A stretch of 64,000 nt of DNA from Raja brachyura (Eukaryota). The position numbers and the translations under genes are program-made. The DNA is taken from the NCBI GenBank assembly GCA_963514005.1, contig OY740816.1:16554001-16618000 (forward strand). The letters run 5' to 3'. Positions 1 to 9,083 of the stretch are shown here, in pieces. The notes under the pieces were generated by a model. The model had not been told where the DNA came from and did no database searches. It saw nothing but the letters and a program-made list of their open reading frames with translations. Position 1 is the stretch's first letter; every line of letters starts with the position of its first letter.

Positions 1-166
1 TACAAGCCTATACATGTTTGGAGTGTGGGAGGTAACAGGAGCACCTGGAGAAAACCCATGCGGGTCATGGGGTGAACGCGAACTCCGTACAGACTAGCAC
101 CTGTAGTGAAACCGGATCTCTGGCTTTGTGAGGCAGCAACTCTCCCGCTGCGCCACCATGCCACCC
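1..166 (-). mobile_element. HE1/V-SINE-like tRNA-derived SINE (5' part)
   Basis: Shares the core GGTTTCCTCCCACACTCCAAA and the tRNA-like head with many copies in the window. Confidence 0.8.
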
Positions 167-469
167 TAAATCACTTCACCATTATATAAATGAACAGCCA
201 GGTTGGATCCAGTAAACAGAACACTGCCGCCCCAACTGTTTATCATCCACTGGTCCCGCAAGAAATGCAATTAATCTTGCATCAGACAACATTCCCCCAC
301 GCATTCTCCACGCGAGAGATGCACACCTGCATCCAGGGGCAGCAGCAAAGGTTCACGGCTTCAGGTCCCGAGACATGCAGAGGTGTCCAAAAGGGCATTT
401 TATAAACACAAAGCTCTCTCTCTCTGCTAAACAAGAGATCAAGTTATCAGGATGAGAAACATTTTTTAA

Positions 470-725
470 AAAATAGTGAAAGACCTGAATAGAGTGGATG
501 TGGAGAGGATGTTTCCACTAGTGGGAGAGTCTGGGACCAAAGGCACTGCCTCAGAATTAAAGGACGTACCTTTAGAAAGGAGATGAGGAGGAATTTCTTT
601 AGTCAGAGGATGGTGAATTTATTGTGTCCCATTCATCAGGCAGCTGTGGAGGCCAAGTCAATGGGTATTTTTAAGGCAGAGATTGACTGATTCTTGATTA
701 GTGTAGGTGTCAGGGGTTATGGGGT
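470..725 (+). mobile_element. CR1-like LINE 3' fragment
   Basis: Encodes a decayed RT C-terminus (FPLVGES...RNFFSQRMVN). Confidence 0.8.
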
Positions 726-735
726 TCAGAACTTT

Positions 736-890
736 TGGGCTGCACAGTGGCAGAGTTGCTGCCTTACCGCTTCAGGGACCAGGGTTCGATCCCGATTATG
801 GTCTGTACGAAGATTGCACGCTCTCCCTGTGACCTGCGTGGATTTTCTCTGGGTGTTCCAGTTTCCTCCCACACTCCAAAGGCATGCAGT
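736..890 (+). mobile_element. HE1/V-SINE-like SINE
   Basis: B-box-like GGTTCGATCCC plus central core. Confidence 0.8.
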
Positions 891-1238
891 GTTGGCTTCA
901 ATAAAAATTGGGGAGAGTGGGAGAGAAACCTAAAATTAAAGGATGCTGGAACAAGTCAAGCAGCATCTGCAGAGAGGAAAAGTGAGTGAATAGGACATGT
1001 CAATTACCACCTATCAGAACCGGCCACCATGACTCTAGGAATATGAAATGGCATTTGCCGGGGCTTGGTAGGACAGGCATTGTGGCCAAGTAGGGTCAGA
1101 ACATTGGTGATATGATTATAGAAGCTGAGCTTTACAGACAGAAAAGGGTTTTTTTCTGCAAAGCCTTTAGCCAAGCTGAATTTTGTTTCTTCAAAACTAT
1201 GTTGTGTGTTCCGAGGCTGGTACAAGAAATTGTCAGTG

Positions 1239-1632
1239 CAGTAAAGTCTCGTTATAACGGGCCATAGAGGGGGGGGAAATGGTGCCCATTATTGCCGATT
1301 TCCGCTATAACCGAGTAAGAGAGTGCCATTGTATAAGAAGATGCAAACGGCTGTAGTTGCTGATCAATACACAAAAGGGCACAAAGTGCTGGAGTCACTC
1401 AGCGGGTCCGGCAGCATCTCTGGAGAATATGGAGATGCGACATTTCGGGTCGGGACCCTTCTCCAGACCCTCGGTCCGGAACTGCGCCTGGAATCCAGGT
1501 GAGTTGACAGACCCGGCTTGCTGGCGGCTTGGGGAGAGGCGAGGAGGAGCCAATGGTAGCGGCCCGCGGTAGTGCAGGGGAGCCATCGGTAGGTCAGTCC
1601 GCAATAACCAAATCCGTTACAAAGAGGTCCGC
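1239..1632. mobile_element. Tigger/pogo-like non-autonomous DNA transposon remnant with internal Penelope-terminus fragment (about 1365-1470)
   Basis: Starts CAGTAAAGTCTCGTTATAAC; subterminal CCGTTA/ATAAC motifs recur near 1600-1630; right TIR not intact. Confidence 0.5.
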
Positions 1633-1982
1633 TAGTGCAGGAAATGGTGCTGATGCGACGAGAGGTCTCTTGACAACGGTGGAAGAGAAATCATGCTCGA
1701 GGCAAATGACATGAAGGTGTTGCCATCAGAACAGACATGGAGGTGCCAGAGAAAATAGGAGAGTAGAATGGAGCCATTATAGGAGGCAGGAGGAGGAGGC
1801 ATGGATAAAAGTACGCAGGGAGTTTAGCCCCTACTTTCTCCTCCTCTCCCCAGCCCTCTGGCTCCACCACTTCCTTTCTTCCCACTCCCTCCCCCAAAAC
1901 ATTGCCCATTTCCTTTGCTCCATAGATGCCGCCTCACCCGCAGAGTTTCTCCAGCATTTTTGTCTTCCTTCGGGGAGTTTTC

Positions 1983-2242
1983 GTTTGGTTTAGAGATACA
2001 GTGTGGATACAGCCCACCGAGTCCACAGTGACCAGCAATCACCCAGTTCACTAGTTCTATCCTACGCACTAGGGGACAATTTACCTACATGCCTGCACAT
2101 CTTCAGAATACGAGAGGAAACGGGAGAAAACCCACACGATCACAGGGAGAATATACCAACACCATACAGACAGCATCTGTAGTCAGGATCAAACCTTGAT
2201 CTCTGCCACTGTAAAGCAACGGCACAGCTGCACCACCGTGCC
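1983..2242 (-). mobile_element. HE1/V-SINE-like SINE
   Basis: Head, core and (TAAAC)n-like tail. Confidence 0.8.
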
Positions 2243-3084
2243 GTTCGAGTTGGAGCGATTGCATCAGTCTCATTCCTCTCCTCGTTCCCCAGTAACCCTG
2301 CAACTTATTCTCTCTCACATATGCGGTAGATAAAATATGAGGGGCACAGAGAGGGAAGACAGCGAGAACCTTTTACCCCGGGATGGTAAAATCAAATACT
2401 AGCCGGAATAGTTTCACGGTGAGGGACAAAGTATAAAGGTGATGTGCGGGGTAATCAGGAAATAGTGAATACATGACAAGTAGGTCAGACTTGGGGAAGG
2501 GATGGAGCTGGAAGAAAGAGAAGGACGAAAGAGATTTGGAAAAGTACTCGGATTTAATGTTTTTTTTAAGCTTGCAATCTTTGAAGCCTGAAAGGAAAGT
2601 AAAAATAATATTTTCCATTTGAGAAACAAAACCACAGGGGGAGCCCAGGTCTGCAGCCCACGATATCAGATGGCTTGCAGGAAGGATGAATCAGCTACAT
2701 GCGTCTGGTCCTGGCATCGTTCGGAGGCTGAGATGTTTTTAAGAAGTCTCGTGTCATCTGCAAGCCCCCTCTTTTCTACTTTGCCATTGTCACAGTTGCA
2801 CCACCAACATTCTTGTTACAACAGCAAAAAGAGATGGACACTGTGGTCAGGTGCCAGCGGGAGATTGGACCAGGAGAGGGTGTGATCTTTACAGAGATTT
2901 GAAGAGTTATAGGAAATATGGTGCCAAGGTGCAAAGGGTGCTTAGAAGATTTGCAAGAATGTTGCCAGGACCCAAGGGAGAGTTCAGCAGGTTGGGACTA
3001 TTCCTCAGAGCACAGGAGGATGAGAGGTGATCTTATGGATGTGGACAAAATCATGAGAGGAATAGATCTGGTAAATGCACAAAG

Positions 3085-3290
3085 ATCAGCGATCACCCCA
3101 TACACTATTTACACACACTAGGGACAATTTAACAGAGGCTAAATAATCTACAAACAAGCACGTATTTGGAATGTGGGAGGAAACCGGAGCACCCAGAGAA
3201 AACCCACATGGTCACAGGGTGAACGCACAAGCTTCGTTCCGACAGCACCTGTGGTCAGGATCGAACTTGGGTCTCTGTCGCCGCGCAACC
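3085..3290 (-). mobile_element. HE1/V-SINE-like SINE
   Basis: Core matches other copies. Confidence 0.8.
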
Positions 3291-3635
3291 GTGTTTCCCA
3301 AAAGTTCTCAAAGACTTACAACGTGTCACAAGTCTCGGAGATGGAATTAAGGCCAGGATTCCATCTTTTTATGCATCACAAATGCTTCTAAAACTTGATT
3401 AAAACCATTAGGTGGGAATGGTACGTGACAGCAACCACTCAAAGTTTTCCTGTGATTATTGAAATCTGTGTTTTATAACCCAGTCCTATATATTTATTGC
3501 ACACAAAATTTAACATTTACTTAACCAATGCCTTCAACATCCACAATCACAGACTGCAGCGACTCCAAGTGTCTTGAAAATAATCCAAAAAGCATTAGCC
3601 AACACAAATATTAATTTAGAAATGGGGGGGGGGGG

Positions 3636-3945
3636 NNNNNNNNNNNNNNNNNNNNNNNNNNNNNNNNNNNNNNNNNNNNNNNNNNNNNNNNNNNNNNNNN
3701 NNNNNNNNNNNNNNNNNNNNNNNNNNNNNNNNNNNNNNNNNNNNNNNNNNNNNNNNNNNNNNNNNNNNNNNNNNNNNNNNNNNNNNNNNNNNNNNNNNNN
3801 NNNNNNNNNNNNNNNNNNNNNNNNNNNNNNNNNNNNNNNNNNNNNNNNNNNNNNNNNNNNNNNNNNNNNNNNNNNNNNNNNNNNNNNNNNNNNNNNNNNN
3901 NNNNNNNNNNNNNNNNNNNNNNNNNNNNNNNNNNNNNNNNNNNNN
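3636..3945. other. Assembly gap
   Basis: Run of N flanked by poly-G. Confidence 1.
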
Positions 3946-4039
3946 GGAAGAGGGAGGGGGGGAAGGGGGGGAAGGGGGAGGGGGAGAGGGAAAAAGGTGG
4001 GGGTGAGGAAGAGGAGGGTGGGAGTTCACCGTCACTGTT

Positions 4040-4440
4040 GAACCCGGGGCCGGGCTGGGTTCTGGCTCTCGGGCCCTGGGCCCCGGGGGCGGGTGTGAGC
4101 CGGGCCCGGCTGTGCCGCGCTGTCAGGCCGCAGGCCCGGGGCCCAGTCAGACCAAGCGCGGCTCCCGGCTCCCGTTGTCCCAGGCTGGGGGGGGGGGGGG
4201 GGGGGGGGGGGCGGCGGCTACTCACTGCTGTGGAGGCTGAGGAAGGCGTTGTCCTGGGTGGTGCGGATCTCCAGGCGCAGCGGCTGCTGCTCCGAGTGCC
4301 GCTGGATCTCCCCGTTCTGCTCCGCGATCGACACCAGCCGCACGCCCGCGAACGCCGTGGTGGCCATTTTAAACAGCCCCGTCCGTGCGCGTGCGCGTTC
4401 CCCCTTCTCCCCCGCCCTCCCCCCAACTGACGTCAGTCGC
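4040..4440 (-). promoter_or_regulatory. CARM1 CpG island / core promoter
   Basis: Very CpG-rich. Full CRE palindrome TGACGTCA at 4428-4435, GC box at about 4410-4418, NRF1-type CGCGCACGCGCA at 4397-4386, YY1-like GCCATTTT over the ATG. Confidence 0.8.
4226..4367 (-). CDS. CARM1: CARM1/PRMT4 histone-arginine methyltransferase, first coding exon (rest of gene lies left of the window)
   Basis: AAAATGG start; MATTAFAGVRLVSIAEQNGEIQRHSEQQPLRLEIRTTQDNAFLSLHS matches the CARM1 N-terminal PH-like domain (human FPGARLLTIGDANGEIQRHAEQQALRLEVR); phase-1 donor A|GTGAGT. Confidence 0.92.
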
Positions 4441-5670
4441 CCGTGAGCTGCAATACCCACCGCAACCCCACGGGGCGCCCGTGAGCTGCAATACCCACCG
4501 CAACCCCACGGGGCGCCCGTGAGCTGCAATACCCACCACAACCCCACGGGGAGCCCGTGAGCTGCAATACCCACCGAAACCTCAGGGGGAGCCCGTGAGC
4601 TGCAATACCCACCACAACCCCACGGGGAGCCTGTGAGCTGCAATACCCACCGCAACCTCAGGGGGAGCCCGTGAGCTGCAATACCCACCACAACTCCACG
4701 GGGCGCCCGTGAGCTGCAATACCCACCACAACCCCACGGGGAGCCCGTGAGCTGCAATACCCACCGAAACCTCAGGGGGAGCCCGTGAGCTGCAATACCC
4801 ACCACAACCCCACGGGGAGCCCGTGAGCTGCAATACCCACCGCAACCTCAGGGGGAGCCCATGAGCTGCAATACCTACCGCAACCTCAGGGGGAGCCCGT
4901 GAGTTGCAATACCTACCGCAACCTCAGGGGGAGCCCGTGAGCTGCAATTCCCACCGCAACCTCAGGGGTAGGCAGTGAGCTGCAATATCCACCAGCACAA
5001 CACGGGGAGCCAGTGAGCTGCAATACCCACTGCAACCTGACGGGGAGCTCGTGAGCTGCAATACCCACCGCAACCTGACGGGGAGTCCGTGAGCTGCAAA
5101 ACCCACCGCAACCTGACGGGGAGCCCGTGAGCTGCAATATCCACCATAACCTCAGGGGGAGCCCGTGAGCTGCAATATCCACCATAACCTCAGGGGGAGC
5201 CCGTGAGCTGCAATATCCACCATAACCTCAGGGGGAGCCCGTGAGCTGCAATATCCACCATAACCTCAGGGGGAGCCCGTGAGCTGCAATACCCACCATA
5301 ACCTCAGGGGGAACCCGTGAGCTGCAATACCCACTATCCACCACAACCTGACGGGAGCCCGTGAGCGGAAATACCGACCACAACCTCACGGGGAGCCCGT
5401 GAGCAGAGCGCTGCAATACCCACCAGAACCACAGGAGTGCACAAGGTGCGGCAATACCTTCTCTCCAGAGACGCTGAATGTCCCGCTGAGTTCCTCCAGC
5501 TTTTTTGTGTCTATCTGCAATACCCACCACAGCCACACGGGGAGCAGGTGAACGGGCTGCTGCAATGCGTGCATCGGCCACATGTGGAGACCGTGAGCAG
5601 GGCGCTGCAATACACACAGTGGCCACATGAGGAGCCGGTGAGTAGCGTGCTGCAATGCCCACAATGCCCA
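4440..5670. repeat. 38-bp GC-rich minisatellite (about 23 clean copies to about 5330, then degenerate)
   Basis: Unit CCGTGAGCTGCAATACCCACCRCAACCYCASGGGGMGC; first copies start at 4441 and 4479. Confidence 0.95.
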
Positions 5671-6261
5671 CACGAGGATCCCATCAGCAGTATTTGTTTC
5701 AGCTTTCTCTGTTGTTGCTGATTTCAACAACTGGTCAATCTTTTTTTTAGACCATTTTCGTTCAGTGAATGCACACAACTTGTTGGTCTCTTGGAGACAG
5801 TGGTGGAAATATGGGGGGGGGGGGGAACGCAGTGGGACGGCATTCCCCTACTTTTCAGTTTCCAGTTTGTGTGCAATTTCTATACAGGGAGTCAGGGTTG
5901 TTAAATACGGATTTTAAAAAAAGACCATGGATAATCGTTACAACGAGTCACCGCTGCATTGGCCATGAGACGAAAATGATTTGTTAACTACCACTGTTAG
6001 CATTTGTTAACAGCAATTAGTTAACACGTAGTTATACAATGTGTCATCTTTACATCGATCCACATTCCCCAGTAAATGTCACTGTGTTTTGACCAAGTAT
6101 TAATGACGCCGCATTCCTTTGAATAAAAGTCACGGGAGAATTTCTTAAAACTCACTGTCAGGCTCCGGACCGCGAGTAACTTCTGGTGTGCAGGTAAAGT
6201 CGCGTTATTTTGTTATTCCACGTTAATTTATTCTCTCTTTCTCTCCCGTTCTCTCGTCCTC

Positions 6262-6825
6262 TCCCTCTCTCCATCCCTCGTTCTCTCTCTCCATCCCTCG
6301 TTCTCTCTCTCCATCCCTCGTTCTCTCTCTCCATCCCTCGTTCTCTCTCTCCATCCCTCGTTCTCTCTCTCCATCCCTCGTTCTCTCTCTCCATCCCTCG
6401 TTCTCTCTCTCCATCCCTCGTTCTCTCTCTCTCCATCCCTCGTTCTCTCTCTCTCCATCCCTCGTTCTCTCTCTCTCCATCCCTCGTTCTCTCTCTCTCC
6501 ATCCCTCGTTCTCTCTCTCTCCATCCCTCGTTCTCTCTCTCTCCATCCCTCGTTCTCTCTCTCTCCATCCCTCGTTCTCTCTCTCTCCATCCCTCGTTCT
6601 CTCTCTCTCCATCCCTCGTTCTCTCTCTCTCCATCCCTCGTTCTCTCTCTCTCCATCCCTCGTTCTCTCTCTCCATCCCTCGTTCTCTCTCTCCATCCCT
6701 CGTTCTCTCTCTCTCCATCCCTCGTTCTCTCTCTCTCCATCCCTCGTTCTCTCTCTCCATCCCTCGTTCTCTCTCTCCATCCCTCGTTCTCTCTCTCCAT
6801 CCCTCGTTCTCTCTCTCCATCCCTC
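6262..6825. repeat. 20/22-bp pyrimidine-rich tandem repeat CCATCCCTCGTT(CT)4-5
   Basis: Directly visible; it generates the spurious MERE-repeat ORFs. Confidence 0.95.
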
Positions 6826-7352
6826 TCTTGCTGGTTTCTGTCTTTCGCGCTCTCTCTCTCGGGGGGGGGGGGGGGGGGGGTGGCTACTCCTGGTCCGTTC
6901 CCTCCACAGCAGCCGCCTGGCCGGCTGAACTGCAAATACTGGGACAATCAAAGGTAGACAAAAATGCTGGAGAAACTCAGCGGGTGAGGGAGCATCCCAC
7001 CCGCCGAGTTTCTCCAGCATTTTTGTCCACCCACGTTATTTAGTAATTTGTACCCGTCATTTAGGGATGTTATATGAATTTTTAAAAATCGTTTATGTGT
7101 GTTTTCTCTCTCTTCTGGTAGAAGGAGACTACAAAGCTTGTAATTTTTTTTTACACACAGTAACTTTCTACATTTCTAGTTTTGGGTATGTATGTGGCAC
7201 TTATGGCCCATGGAATTTTCTCCCACACTACTAGTTATATTCGTAAAAACATATTTAAACACGTGCAATTTTCGATCTTTCCTTGAAACATACCTGAAGA
7301 AGGGACCCGACGCTAAACGTTGCCTAGCCGTTCCCACCATACACAGACACAA

Positions 7353-8029
7353 ATTTTTTTTTAATATTTCAAAATAGACTTTATTCGAGTAATAAATGTA
7401 TACAATACATCAACCGTGCGAAAAATCCATCCGACATTTTTGGAGGCTATACAAATTTTTCCATACAGTCTATACACATTTGTCAAATTTCACGAATCGA
7501 TCCCCCACTCATGTGGCCCCCCCGGCATGGGATACCTTCCCTTATTTTGAGGGGCGTCTCCACCATACTGTGCCCCCCATGTCCAGCAGCGGAAGGACCT
7601 TAGACTGTGGCCCTCCCCCACCGAGCCTTGGCGCTGGCTGCACCGAGTTTCAGTGCGTCCCTCAGCACGTACTCCTGCAGTCTGCAGTGGGCCAGTCGGC
7701 AACATTCCCCGACGGACATCTCGCTCTGCTGGGTGGTGAACAAAGCTCGGGCAGACCAAAGAGCGTCTTTCACCAAGTTGATGACCCTCCAGCAGCACTT
7801 GATGTCAGTCTCTGAATGTGTCCCTGGGAACAGTCCGTAAATCACAGAGTCCTCTGTGACGGAGCTGTTTGGAATAAAGCGTACCAGGGACCCTTGCATT
7901 TTCCTCCAGACTCTTTGGGCAAATCCACACTCTGCAAAGAGGTGGGCAACCGTCTCCTCTCCATAGCAGCCGTCCCGAGGGCAGCGTGCGCTGGTAGTCG
8001 GGTTCCGACGGTGCAGGAAGGATCTGACT
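7353..8029 (-). mobile_element. Tx1/L1-like non-LTR retrotransposon 3' end (ORF2 C-terminal zinc finger, 3' UTR, A-tail), cut off by gap
   Basis: CPRDGC...EETVAHLFAEC...W motif, open to the stop at 7600; AATAAA at about 7380 and an A-run at 7353-7362. Confidence 0.8.
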
Positions 8030-8161
8030 NNNNNNNNNNNNNNNNNNNNNNNNNNNNNNNNNNNNNNNNNNNNNNNNNNNNNNNNNNNNNNNNNNNNNNN
8101 NNNNNNNNNNNNNNNNNNNNNNNNNNNNNNNNNNNNNNNNNNNNNNNNNNNNNNNNNNNNN
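8030..8161. other. Assembly gap
   Basis: Run of N. Confidence 1.
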
Positions 8162-8536
8162 TGGAGTAACTGAGTCTCTGAGCAGCATCTCTGGAGAGAA
8201 GGTGACGTTTTGGGTCGGGACCCTTTTTCACACCCTCCGTTGATCCAGCCTGACCTGCTGAGTTCTCTCACACTTTATGTTTTGCCCCTAAAATAAATCC
8301 GTGGTCCGTTGAAGAAACAACACAATAGACCACTCTGGAAGTGCAAGTTTTGCTGTACACTTCATACTGTAGAACACATCATAATACACCCTGAGTGATT
8401 TAATGGGGTTAGATTATTTTTTTAAATCTGTTTTCTAGAATTAATCGATATCCACTCTATGTACCTTATATCAAATTTAAATCGGAATTCTGATTTTTTT
8501 TTGTTTTCCTATTTGTCAATGTTTTGTGCCTGATTA

Positions 8537-8750
8537 TTTGGCGGCCAATCAACCGCTGTCTCTAAGGGGGTTGCGTCCAATCACCGACCAGCTTACCTTA
8601 AAATTCACGTCCAATCAACAAATCATCTCCTCCTGTCCAATCAGCCGCTGTCTCTAAGGGCATTGTGTCCAAACACATAATGCTCTGGTCGGTCGGCGGC
8701 CAATCAGACGCAGTCTCCGAAGGGAGTTGTGACCAATCACCGACCAGCTT
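8537..8750. promoter_or_regulatory. Phased CCAAT-box cluster (candidate NF-Y promoter/enhancer)
   Basis: CCAATCA at 8545, 8577, 8611, 8637, 8700 and 8733; degenerate CCAAAC at 8669; TTTGGCGG at 8537. Confidence 0.55.
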
Positions 8751-9039
8751 CCCTTACTAAGACACCTATCTTTATTTGACTGAGTTACTGGTACAATGTG
8801 CATGTAATCATCACACCCAGTGCATATAGGCTCAAAAATGGCCCTGAGGTTTACCATATTACAAAATAATTCTCACAGGGGCTTATAGCATCTACATCCC
8901 CCTTCCGTCCCAACCTCAGCCTCATGGACCTTAGCGTACCCCTAGTTCCTAAACCCCATTTCTATCACTGCTTGGAGAACAATATTTCCTGGTCATGGTA
9001 ATGCAGAATGACAAAGTGTCCAATTCCTAAGACTTCAAG

Positions 9040-9083
9040 TAGAAGACAACAACAGACATTTTTGTTATATCTGCTCTTTTATT
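9040..9083 (-). terminator. Polyadenylation signal with downstream GU-rich element
   Basis: AATAAA at 9083-9078 followed by TGTCTGTTGTTGTCTT; a second AATAAA lies at 9596-9591. Confidence 0.7.

Noticed and set aside
736-800. tRNA-like A/B boxes here and at other SINE heads
   Set aside because: They continue into SINE core and tail and do not form a full cloverleaf; not tRNA genes.
4187-4211. Long poly-G runs (also near 3624, 5812, 6861 and 16107) as G-quadruplex elements
   Set aside because: Homopolymer lengths next to gaps are unreliable; no claim is possible without raw reads.
1-4225. CARM1 exon 2 (expected VCVFKCSV...)
   Set aside because: Not found by eye; presumably left of the window or in the gap.
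3574-4426. Long ORFs spanning the N gap and poly-G
   Set aside because: Artefacts of Ns and low complexity; only the CARM1 exon is supported.
4440-5330. CRISPR-like appearance (38-bp partly palindromic repeats)
   Set aside because: Units are head-to-tail with no unique spacers, there are no cas genes, and the context is vertebrate; it is a minisatellite.
4433-7043. Long ORFs such as VGIAAHG and MERENEGWRER repeats
   Set aside because: They are stop-free translations of tandem repeats, open in several frames, with no splice or homology support.
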